Origin: a virus
Direction: 5' to 3' (one strand)
Virus record (IMG/VR): IMGVR_UViG_3300022918_000001
Location: 1 to 64,000 of that record
DNA: 64,000 bases
Shown: one piece after another, positions 53,495 to 61,007 of the stretch
How the letters are laid out: each line of letters starts with the position of its first letter
Numbering within the stretch: position 1 is the stretch's first letter
Notes under the pieces: generated by a model
Told to the model about the DNA's origin: nothing
The model's database searches: none
The model's input: only the letters and a program-made list of their open reading frames with translations
Made by a program: the position numbers and the translations under genes

Positions 53495-53547
53495 CTGATA
53501 TTGTACCACAAAGAACGGATATTTTATTTATTGCACAAAGCCTTTTG

Positions 53548-54513
53548 CTAAATATTATTAAAAAACCATGTTTTGGCTTTGAAAGCTATTTTACCATTAG
53601 CCTTTTTGATGTCGATTTGGTTCTTTACAATGGTGTCTGATTCTTCTTTGATAATATCCGTTACAATCCACCGGATAAAGTCACCTGTGCTTTTCTCGCT
53701 CAACTCTATTCCGTTTGATTTAAGAGACTCTAAGCCTTGTTGTAGGCGATTCTCTGTTACAGCATACTCAACAAACTCTTTTATTGATTCAACTTCTTCG
53801 GTATCCACTGGATTTAGACTTTTCACTTTGGATGAAGAGTGTTTTTCTCCTTTTGACTTGAATTTTAGAAGCGGATTGGTAGTGCATGTAAAGACAATTC
53901 CTTCACCTATGCCTTCAACACCAAAATGCTTCCCTACAGGGCAACATTCTTCTACAGCAATAGTCAAGTCGATTAAAGTGTTTTGAATCGATTCAGGGTT
54001 GTTAAAATCAATTTCTACAGTATATGTCGGGAACTGATTGATGTTGTATATTCCTTGGGAATTATCTTGAGCTGTGTACATGGAAGAGTCTATCCAAGTA
54101 TCATCTACCATAATACCAAAAATCACAAACATCTTGGGAAGTTTATTAAGTGCAACCCCTTTCTGAATACTGCCTCCGCACCATTCGCCATAAACAGCAA
54201 TGCTTTCTTGAAAATTGATACCCTTAAATAAAAAGTCTGTGTTCTTTCCGCTCATTGCAAGCATGAATCCTGCATTATCGGAAGTTAATTCTAAAACTCG
54301 CTCTCTAGATTGGTATTCAATCCGGTCTTTGTACTTTACAATGGCAGCGTTTGTTCCGTGAAGTTTAACTGTGCCTTTGAATGTTAATGTTGGATAATCT
54401 GAAAGATGCTGATAAATAGCATTTCCTTCTTCATCTTTCCCTTGATAGTCGTGATTAGTTTTTACAGTACGTATCACGTTTCGGTACTGTTCAATCGATG
54501 GATACTTAAGCAT
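53548..54513 (-). CDS. Rnl2-family RNA ligase
   Basis: Collinear with T4 Rnl2. KYPSIEQY (KYSSLENHY); motif I VKLHGTNAAI (EKIHGTNFSL); motif IV VYGEWCGGSIQKGV (VFGEFAGPGIQKNV); EGIVFTC (EGYVLKP); motif V LKFKSKGEKHS (IKCKNSKFSEK). Also has an Rnl2-like C-terminal domain (VTENRL...GDFIRWIVTDIIKEE). Confidence 0.85.
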   Translation of the reverse strand: MLKYPSIEQYRNVIRTVKTNHDYQGKDEEGNAIYQHLSDYPTLTFKGTVKLHGTNAAIVKYKDRIEYQSRERVLELTSDNAGFMLAMSGKNTDFLFKGINFQESIAVYGEWCGGSIQKGVALNKLPKMFVIFGIMVDDTWIDSSMYTAQDNSQGIYNINQFPTYTVEIDFNNPESIQNTLIDLTIAVEECCPVGKHFGVEGIGEGIVFTCTTNPLLKFKSKGEKHSSSKVKSLNPVDTEEVESIKEFVEYAVTENRLQQGLESLKSNGIELSEKSTGDFIRWIVTDIIKEESDTIVKNQIDIKKANGKIAFKAKTWFFNNI

Positions 54514-54531
54514 GTCTTGTTGTTTTAAATT

Positions 54532-54864
54532 TTACATTAATAAATGAACTATATATCCAAATAAAAGGCTTAAACCACCTATTCCAACGCTAACAAATAA
54601 TGCTTCTACCATTTGTTGACCGAATGATTTGTTTTCGTCCTTTGGCTTTATATCAGCCAATTTTAGTGTTATTCCAGATATCAACCACTGTTTTACTAAG
54701 TCAAATCCAATCGCTTGAAGGATTGTAAGCTGAACTATACCGAATGTAGGGGTTATAAACCATCCCCAAAGTTTAACGAGTACAAAGGCAGATATTAACG
54801 TGCCTATTGCGATGCTGATTACAGCAAATACTATTTTTCCTAATGTTTCCATGTTTGTTTTCAT
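54532..54864 (-). CDS. integral membrane protein (3 TM)
   Basis: 110 aa with GKIVFAVISIAIGTLISAFVLV, VQLTILQAIGFDLV and VSVGIGGLSLLFGYIVHLL. Confidence 0.6.
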   Translation of the reverse strand: MKTNMETLGKIVFAVISIAIGTLISAFVLVKLWGWFITPTFGIVQLTILQAIGFDLVKQWLISGITLKLADIKPKDENKSFGQQMVEALFVSVGIGGLSLLFGYIVHLLM

Positions 54865-54866
54865 AT

Positions 54867-54977
54867 TTAACTTCTTCCCTTTAAAATGTTATGAGTCCTC
54901 CCTTGATTATAAGCCGGACATATTCTATTACTGCATGATGATAGCGTAATAACTGCAATAAGGATGATTGTTTTCAT
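54867..54977 (-). CDS. small lipoprotein candidate (36 aa)
   Basis: Hand-translated MKTIILIAVITLSSCSNRICPAYNQGRTHNILKGRS, with lipobox-like LSSC at Cys15. Fills the 54865-54978 gap exactly. Confidence 0.45.
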   Translation of the reverse strand: MKTIILIAVITLSSCSNRICPAYNQGRTHNILKGRS

Positions 54978-54978
54978 G

Positions 54979-55563
54979 TTATTTGCTTGAAATTAAAAGT
55001 TCTTCAAATTCATATTTAGGGATATTCATAATCCAATCAGCCATATAAAGTTGATCGTTACTAACCCACATTCCTTCTTTCCACACGAAACCTGCTTTCT
55101 TCAACTTGTTCTTTCTTGCTGTTGCTGCATGTTCTGTTAAAGGCTCTTCTAATTTAAAGCCATTTAGAATCCCATCAATCACATTACGGCATTTAAGTTG
55201 GTTAGAGGGCATTAAGATGTTTATCTCTTTACCCTGCTTGTAAAAATGGTATTTAAGCATCTTAAAACGAATAGGGGCAAGCTCATTCGCAAATCCTTTT
55301 GTTTCGATTATGATAGGGTAATCAAGCAGTATAAAGTCAGGCGTACACCTCATTGGCTGTATGACCTCATGTCGATAAGTAAACCCCTCCTGTAGCGTGT
55401 AAGTAGTCTTTAAATCGAATCTAATGTTGTTATCCTTTAAAAGATTGTACATATAGAGTTCAAGTGTGCTATCGAAGGTAATTCCATCCTGTTCTTTCTT
55501 GACTGATTTAATCTTTCGTTTATCAGGTTCTCCTTCCACTTTAGGCTTTCTTTTGAATTTCAT
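54979..55563 (-). CDS. DUF1064-like PD-(D/E)XK nuclease
   Basis: GITFDSTLELYMYNLL...RCTPDFILLDYPIIIETKGF...IRFKMLKYHF follows the DUF1064 pattern (G..FdSk.E...y..L...y.aDF....vvEvKG....lK.kl). Confidence 0.65.
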   Translation of the reverse strand: MKFKRKPKVEGEPDKRKIKSVKKEQDGITFDSTLELYMYNLLKDNNIRFDLKTTYTLQEGFTYRHEVIQPMRCTPDFILLDYPIIIETKGFANELAPIRFKMLKYHFYKQGKEINILMPSNQLKCRNVIDGILNGFKLEEPLTEHAATARKNKLKKAGFVWKEGMWVSNDQLYMADWIMNIPKYEFEELLISSK

Positions 55564-55566
55564 TTT

Positions 55567-55752
55567 TTAAATTTTAGTTATGTTAATCCACTCTTCAAGC
55601 ATATCATGTATGCTCTCATATTTAAAAGGCTCTGTATCGGAGTCTATAGGTAGAAGATGTACGTTGTTGCCTACAAGTATCATGTAGAACTTACGTGGTT
55701 CAGTTCCTAATAGATTCCCCGACTTGGTTGCTGTTATTTTGCTGAACTTCAT
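55567..55752 (-). CDS. hypothetical protein
   Basis: 61-aa ORF. Confidence 0.45.
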   Translation of the reverse strand: MKFSKITATKSGNLLGTEPRKFYMILVGNNVHLLPIDSDTEPFKYESIHDMLEEWINITKI

Positions 55753-55753
55753 T

Positions 55754-56248
55754 TTACTTGAATTGGATGTTTTTATTCTCCTTCAACTCGGCACCTTTTA
55801 TTTTTTTCCCTGCTTTAAGGTCTGCTAGTATCTCCGCTTTCATAAGTGAAGTAGTGATTTTCTTTTTCTTGTACTTAGCAGGGATAAGCGATTCATCTGT
55901 AATTTCTGATGCTGTGGACTTACGGAAGTTAATGGTTAGGTTCTGTAACTTAATCTCTTCGATTTCGTACAGTTTCATAGCTGTAGAGACCGTATCTTTT
56001 AGTTTGGTTATCAGATTCTCTCTGGTCTTTTTCATAGCCTCTAATCGCTTAATTTCAGCATCTATAGCATCAATGTCATTAGACACGTCTTTTATTATGT
56101 AGCCATACTTTACAGCTTTAACCTCAAGAGATTCCTTGTTTAGAGCCAAAGCTTGTTCTTGTTCTGGACTGACTTCGCCTCCATTTTCGATTATGGACTC
56201 TGCAAGATCCATGTATTCAGCCTCAATATTAAAAATTGATTTTTTCAT
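55754..56248 (-). CDS. Siphovirus Gp157-family protein
   Basis: IEAEYMDLAESI..., KAVKYGYIIKDVSNDIDAIDAEIKRLEAMKKTRENLITKLKDTV and LTINFRKSTASEITDESLIPAKY match the Gp157 architecture. The family is usually adjacent to the phage annealase. Confidence 0.75.
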   Translation of the reverse strand: MKKSIFNIEAEYMDLAESIIENGGEVSPEQEQALALNKESLEVKAVKYGYIIKDVSNDIDAIDAEIKRLEAMKKTRENLITKLKDTVSTAMKLYEIEEIKLQNLTINFRKSTASEITDESLIPAKYKKKKITTSLMKAEILADLKAGKKIKGAELKENKNIQFK

Positions 56249-56778
56249 ATTATATTTTTATAAGTTTTATTGTCTCTTATTTTGGAAATAGCAAATGGCG
56301 CAACTTTAAATGAGTCAGCTATGCTTTTTAAACTTGCGCCTGTTTTTAACATTAATCTTATTTTAACAACATCATCTTTAGTTAAAGATCGTCTGTGATG
56401 CTTAGTACACTTCATCATGCCGTTTAACCAAGCATGTTGTGTATTCTCACTTCCGGTCATCCAACATAGATTTAATACAAATGGATCATCTTTAATACAA
56501 TTGTTATGATTCGCAAAAGGTTTATTTTCAGGATTTGGTATAAAGCACATTGCAACCATTCTATGAACTAGAATAGTTTTTCTAAAATTGTTTATGTATA
56601 TTCCAAACATTAAATATCCATTGGTATTTTTTGTAGTTTTTACTTCTACTTCGGTGATACAATTAGTTCTGACTCTAACTGATATGACCTTACCATAATT
56701 GCTTATATAATAAAATCCATCAAAACCTTTTACAGGACTCCATTCTTCTAAAAGAGGTCCATAAGTGCAAGGGTTCAT
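56245..56778 (-). CDS. HNH homing endonuclease (NUMOD4 + HNH_3 + C-terminal HTH)
   Basis: EEWSPVKGFDGFYYISNYGKVIS (NUMOD4). TNGYLMFGI...ILVHRMVAMCFIPNPENKPFANHNNCIKDDPFVLNLCWMTGSENTQHA (HNH_3). Confidence 0.85.
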   Translation of the reverse strand: MNPCTYGPLLEEWSPVKGFDGFYYISNYGKVISVRVRTNCITEVEVKTTKNTNGYLMFGIYINNFRKTILVHRMVAMCFIPNPENKPFANHNNCIKDDPFVLNLCWMTGSENTQHAWLNGMMKCTKHHRRSLTKDDVVKIRLMLKTGASLKSIADSFKVAPFAISKIRDNKTYKNII

Positions 56779-56795
56779 TTATTTATCTCCTATAT

Positions 56796-57524
56796 TTATT
56801 TCGCTGCTGCTAAAAGTTTAACTTCGTCTTCTGGTCTGATTTTGTAGTGTTCTTTGATTTTATCCATAGTAACACCTTCTTTGATTTTGGTTATTGCCCA
56901 TGCCCATTGTACAGGTGTTGCTTCACTTAGCCATTTTAAAGCTACGGTAGTGGTTTGGGTTGCTGCTGCGGTAATTTTAGCCTCAACTTCTTTGGATATT
57001 CTGAATTTAGCTCTGATTTGCGCAACTGTTCCACCGCTTTTTAGGATATTTAAACTTTCTGCCCAATTAGCTGTATCCTTCTCGTTCAGCCAAGGAAGTT
57101 CTACTCCTGAATTGTTATTGTTAGACGGAGGTGATACAAGCCCTTTAAAGACCTCAATTCCTATTTCAAGGTAAGAGCCTATCTTTGTGATTGCATCCGT
57201 TGTAGCGCCTTTATAAGCATCTCCAAGGTCAAAGTTCTTACTGCCGTCTCCACCGTTATCATTCCCACCATAACTTTCATAGTAAATACCATAATCCGGC
57301 ACCTCTAATGTTGCTTTTACAACTACCATTCCTTTATCACCTCTTTCAATCTCTTTCACTGAAAGCTTCCATCCTCCTATGCCGAACACATCATTTAGTC
57401 TTTCGGTGACGTATATAGCTTTAATGCTGCTTAGATATGTTTTGGTTGGGTGAGGCTTAATTGCTTCTTTAGGTAGTGGCGCTGATAGTTCAGCTTTTAA
57501 TTGTTGTTGTGATTTAAGTTCCAT
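56796..57524 (-). CDS. Rad52/Sak-family single-strand annealing protein
   Basis: YLSSIKAIYVTERLNDVFGIGGWK and DLGDAYKGATTDAITKIGSYLEIG match the Rad52/Rad22-type annealase blocks. The C-terminus carries two 46-aa repeats. Confidence 0.8.
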   Translation of the reverse strand: MELKSQQQLKAELSAPLPKEAIKPHPTKTYLSSIKAIYVTERLNDVFGIGGWKLSVKEIERGDKGMVVVKATLEVPDYGIYYESYGGNDNGGDGSKNFDLGDAYKGATTDAITKIGSYLEIGIEVFKGLVSPPSNNNNSGVELPWLNEKDTANWAESLNILKSGGTVAQIRAKFRISKEVEAKITAAATQTTTVALKWLSEATPVQWAWAITKIKEGVTMDKIKEHYKIRPEDEVKLLAAAK

Positions 57525-57527
57525 TTG

Positions 57528-57671
57528 TTATTTAATAAAGTGTGAAAATATAAAGTGTAATCCTCCCTTAAAGCTATAGTTATATACTTCTCCGTCTTGG
57601 GTGACTAGTTTCTGTTGCATTGGTAGTTTGCGGATAAACTTTGATCGTGGTTGCCTAAACATTGGTGTCAT
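57528..57671 (-). CDS. hypothetical small protein (47 aa)
   Basis: Hand-translated MTPMFRQPRSKFIRKLPMQQKLVTQDGEVYNYSFKGGLHFIFSHFIK. Fills the 57525-57673 gap. Confidence 0.35.
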   Translation of the reverse strand: MTPMFRQPRSKFIRKLPMQQKLVTQDGEVYNYSFKGGLHFIFSHFIK

Positions 57672-57673
57672 GC

Positions 57674-57946
57674 CTACAAATCTACTTGTAACATTAACTC
57701 TGTATAAGCCGCTTCAATCCTTTCTGTGTACTCTTGAAGTGAAACTACATCTGCACTATCGGCATGCGAGTCTTGAACAATCTTTTTTACTGCTTTAGAT
57801 ACGCTTGAGAAGAAGCCTAAGACACTTTTAGTCTCTTTACCTATGTTGGCACCCTTTTCAGTTAATCCATGCTTATAGGCGATGAATTGCTGTGCTTCTA
57901 CTTCAATACTGTAATCTGTGTTTTCTAATTTTAATGTGATAATCAT
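57674..57946 (-). CDS. hypothetical protein
   Basis: 90-aa ORF. Confidence 0.5.
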   Translation of the reverse strand: MIITLKLENTDYSIEVEAQQFIAYKHGLTEKGANIGKETKSVLGFFSSVSKAVKKIVQDSHADSADVVSLQEYTERIEAAYTELMLQVDL

Positions 57947-57948
57947 GG

Positions 57949-58278
57949 TTATACGTTTTGTTCTATTAAATAATCTATTAATTCTCCTACTGTGCTAATC
58001 TCTCTTTTAGCTTGTTCACTAAACTCAACATCGAATAGCTTCCATTCTACGTACTCTAAAAATGCAATTTTTGATTTAGGCCTGAACTTTGTTAATTCAG
58101 TTACAGTTTCTCCCTCAAAGTATTCTGCTTTCTGGATTATTTTAAGCAGTTCTAAGCGACTTTCTGTATCATCAGGATAGTCTTCTTCAAAATCATCGTA
58201 AAGCGCCTCATATCCATCGTCTATTTCTACGTCCTCTCCGTTAATATTACGGGTAAAGGTTATTGGTTTTCCTTTCAT
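57949..58278 (-). CDS. hypothetical acidic protein
   Basis: 109-aa ORF with a D/E-rich N-terminal half. Confidence 0.5.
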   Translation of the reverse strand: MKGKPITFTRNINGEDVEIDDGYEALYDDFEEDYPDDTESRLELLKIIQKAEYFEGETVTELTKFRPKSKIAFLEYVEWKLFDVEFSEQAKREISTVGELIDYLIEQNV

Positions 58279-58448
58279 AGCTCGTATAATAAGTTGATTA
58301 CTGTTCGGTAGGCATTTATTTTAGAAGTGATACTAACTAGTTCTGTAAAGTCAGAATTAGGTTTGTTGAGTTCAGCCTTTTCATCGGCATCTAAATCAAC
58401 AATCAGTGCTTCTATTTTGCCTCTTAATACTTTTAGGTTGTCTTCCAT
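58275..58448 (-). CDS. hypothetical small protein (57 aa)
   Basis: Hand-translated MEDNLKVLRGKIEALIVDLDADEKAELNKPNSDFTELVSITSKINAYRTVINLLYEL. ATGA overlap with the downstream gene. Confidence 0.45.
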   Translation of the reverse strand: MEDNLKVLRGKIEALIVDLDADEKAELNKPNSDFTELVSITSKINAYRTVINLLYEL

Positions 58449-58452
58449 AGTT

Positions 58453-58563
58453 TTAAGGTGTCAGGTGGATAATTTTAAAGTAATCAAGTACAACAATCAA
58501 AAGGCATATAATACCTATTGCAATTACTGTTTCTGCTATGGGGTAGTATTTCTGTTTGCTCAT
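58453..58563 (-). CDS. single-TM micro-protein (36 aa)
   Basis: Hand-translated MSKQKYYPIAETVIAIGIICLLIVVLDYFKIIHLTP. ATGA overlap with the HTH gene stop. Confidence 0.4.
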   Translation of the reverse strand: MSKQKYYPIAETVIAIGIICLLIVVLDYFKIIHLTP

Positions 58564-58907
58564 AGCAACTTCTTTTTGCGACTCTCTTTCAAAAGTCTGT
58601 TCTGTAAATCAATAATCAATTCCTTATCCCTTACCGCTTGCTGTTTAAGCCTTTCAATCTCTTCATCTATCTTAGGTACTAGCTCATGTTCAATTATTGC
58701 ATGTAATGGCACTTGTAATGCCTGACATACTTTAAGAATACGTTCTACACTAAATAGAATGTTACCTGTCTCAAGTTGAGAATAGCTTGGGGCACTAATA
58801 CCTAAAAGGTCTGCCATATCTACGGCTTTAATCCCCTGCTTTAATCTTTCTGACCTTATGTTTTGAGCAATTCTGATTGCAATCTCCTGTTCTTTAAAAT
58901 CCTTCAC
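58560..58907 (-). CDS. XRE/Cro-CI-type HTH transcriptional regulator with coiled-coil tail
   Basis: IRSERLKQGIKAVDMADLLGISAPSYSQLETGN is an HTH_3 pattern. C-terminal EEIERLKQQAVRDKELIIDLQNRLL. Confidence 0.8.
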   Translation of the reverse strand: MKDFKEQEIAIRIAQNIRSERLKQGIKAVDMADLLGISAPSYSQLETGNILFSVERILKVCQALQVPLHAIIEHELVPKIDEEIERLKQQAVRDKELIIDLQNRLLKESRKKKLL

Positions 58908-58908
58908 G

Positions 58909-59376
58909 TTATTGTTTCTTTAGTTTTTCAAAATCACTCATGTTAATTTCACCGTTGTTTAACTGGAATAATAGACTAGAGCCTTTTTCCTTGCCTTTTA
59001 ATAGACTTTCTCTTATCAGCTCATTATACCTTATAATTAAGCCTTGCAATGCCTTAAATGCTTTGTTGGTTATCTTGTAGTAACTGCAATTATCACCCGT
59101 TGAATAATAAATGTGTTCCATGCCTATAGAATCCTTTTCTTGTCTATTAATTCCTGATAGTAATTCATGTAGCAGGACATTACATTGTCCATCTGGTAAG
59201 GCATGGTGATGTTGTCTTACTCGTATGTATGACTCATTTTCATCGTTAATTAGGTTATATCCCTTTTTAAGGGCAGTTTTGCATTCTTCACATAACGAAT
59301 CAGCCTCAAATCTAGGTTTCTCTTTGCCTGATTTCTTACATCCGGCACAAACCTTTATCCCTGTGTAATATCCCAT
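58909..59376 (-). CDS. hypothetical zinc-ribbon protein
   Basis: 155 aa with N-terminal CAGC...CEEC. Confidence 0.5.
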   Translation of the reverse strand: MGYYTGIKVCAGCKKSGKEKPRFEADSLCEECKTALKKGYNLINDENESYIRVRQHHHALPDGQCNVLLHELLSGINRQEKDSIGMEHIYYSTGDNCSYYKITNKAFKALQGLIIRYNELIRESLLKGKEKGSSLLFQLNNGEINMSDFEKLKKQ

Positions 59377-59380
59377 GTCC

Positions 59381-59572
59381 CTACATACTTAATTCAAATA
59401 CCATTCTCCTTACCTCTGCAAAGTGAATAGTAAGAAAGTTAACAGATACATTTGATTTCTCGCTTAGAAGCGCAATGCCTTGTTCTCTGGTCTTATCTTT
59501 AGTAAGTAAGTCAATTATGCTATTGTTGTTTTGTAATGCCTTAGTGAGGCTTATACGTGTGTTAGTTTCCAT
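59381..59572 (-). CDS. hypothetical protein
   Basis: 63-aa ORF. Confidence 0.45.
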   Translation of the reverse strand: METNTRISLTKALQNNNSIIDLLTKDKTREQGIALLSEKSNVSVNFLTIHFAEVRRMVFELSM

Positions 59573-59582
59573 GTTGTTTTGT

Positions 59583-59858
59583 TTAAAGTACTTCTTGTGC
59601 TATTTTTTGGCATTTTAATACTCCGCTAGAACGACCTCTAATCCATGTATCATTAATTGACTTTTCATAAGATGTATCAATATTGTTAATTTCATTCAGC
59701 GCTTTTATCAACTTGTCTTTTATGATTGCTTGTTGATGTACATATTCTGTAAAATCCTTAGCTAATGTTTCTAGTTGTGTAACATTTAAAACTCCATCAC
59801 CTTTGTAGTAAGGTTGATTTTTATAAGTGTAGTGTTCGGGTAATAAATCTTTTTCCAT
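59583..59858 (-). CDS. hypothetical protein
   Basis: 91-aa ORF. Confidence 0.5.
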   Translation of the reverse strand: MEKDLLPEHYTYKNQPYYKGDGVLNVTQLETLAKDFTEYVHQQAIIKDKLIKALNEINNIDTSYEKSINDTWIRGRSSGVLKCQKIAQEVL

Positions 59859-59871
59859 CTTAGTTTAGTTG

Positions 59872-60252
59872 TTATATGCGTTTAAAAGTAAATCCCTTAG
59901 ACTTCCATCCATTTTCAATACATGCAGATATATTTCCGGAGCTTATGCCGTTTGCTTCTGATGCATCATTAATAGACCTATAAACAGTAATAAGCCTATC
60001 ATTCCAGTATTTAGCAACACAAAAAGTATTAGCTCTTAATCCGGTAACGTCCCCTATTCTTTCAGGCTGTATTTTGTTTGTCCTTTTCCTGACCTGAAAA
60101 CCATTAACAGTCAATCTCTCCATATTTATACATTGAGATATTTCCGGTTGAGCAACTTTTAAGAATACAGCTAATTCGGATAAGCTTTCAAAGTTTTCAA
60201 GGAAATGTCCTTCCGTATCGTAAAGGCATACATTTATTTTTTCTCTTGGCAT
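59872..60252 (-). CDS. stand-alone NUMOD1-like DNA-binding protein (two repeats)
   Basis: FESLSELAVFLKVAQPEISQCIN and YRSINDASEANGISSGNISACIENGWKSKGFTFKR resemble the NUMOD1 HTH modules of homing endonucleases. No nuclease domain is present. Confidence 0.5.
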   Translation of the reverse strand: MPREKINVCLYDTEGHFLENFESLSELAVFLKVAQPEISQCINMERLTVNGFQVRKRTNKIQPERIGDVTGLRANTFCVAKYWNDRLITVYRSINDASEANGISSGNISACIENGWKSKGFTFKRI

Positions 60253-60494
60253 ACTGATTATATTTAAAAGTTAGTATCGTTAGGGTCTAGTTCTTGACAG
60301 TCGCTTAGGATCTCCAATAGGCAGATGTATAAGCAGATTAATAGGATTGTCATAAATAAAGTTGGTCAATATTAGGGTGAAGTAATACTTTCATAGAATA
60401 CCGTAGTGCCATAGAGCCGGAATGAATCTTTATCATCGGCGGTTTAGGTTGTTTGAGGTATTTTTCAATTAGCTTTAGTTGTGTTTCTCTGAAT

Positions 60495-60902
60495 TTAGAT
60501 TTGTTTTCCATCTGCTTTTAAAGTAAGTGTGTTAATAGTATTTAACTCTTCGATATTCAAGACGTACACAAAGTGTTTTTGTATAATCCTGTTAATCGGA
60601 GTGTGTAAGAACCAATTTTTAGTTATCGCCTCCCATTTACGTAGATGTTTAATCCTTGATTTTTGGTTAGCATATTGTATTGCTCCTGATATTTCACAAG
60701 TGTAACCATGTTTAGTAAGCTTAATATTCACAAATTCACGATTTAAGCCGATAGGAGGATATAACTCTAGCTGTGGCGGTTCTTCTACATCGTGTTCTTT
60801 TAGTTCGCTTAAAGGTCTTCTATTATAATAACCATAAGTATTATTACCTCCCATCATTGATATTGCGGCAAGTATAGATAGCATTTCAAGTTTATTTTTC
60901 AT
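60495..60902 (-). CDS. hypothetical protein with hydrophobic N-terminus
   Basis: 135 aa, MKNKLEMLSILAAISMMGG.... Confidence 0.5.
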   Translation of the reverse strand: MKNKLEMLSILAAISMMGGNNTYGYYNRRPLSELKEHDVEEPPQLELYPPIGLNREFVNIKLTKHGYTCEISGAIQYANQKSRIKHLRKWEAITKNWFLHTPINRIIQKHFVYVLNIEELNTINTLTLKADGKQI

Positions 60903-60914
60903 TTGTTTTAGGTT

Positions 60915-61007
60915 TTAGTTATCAAACTTGCTCGTCAGCCAATCAGCAAACAAAGCAATTAGTATTAATAGAATAATAGGTAGGGTAAGGAATAGTATAG
61001 TTTCCAT
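60915..61007 (-). CDS. single-TM micro-protein candidate (30 aa)
   Basis: Hand-translated METILFLTLPIILLILIALFADWLTSKFDN, 12 nt upstream of the next ATG. Very short, so low confidence. Confidence 0.3.
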   Translation of the reverse strand: METILFLTLPIILLILIALFADWLTSKFDN

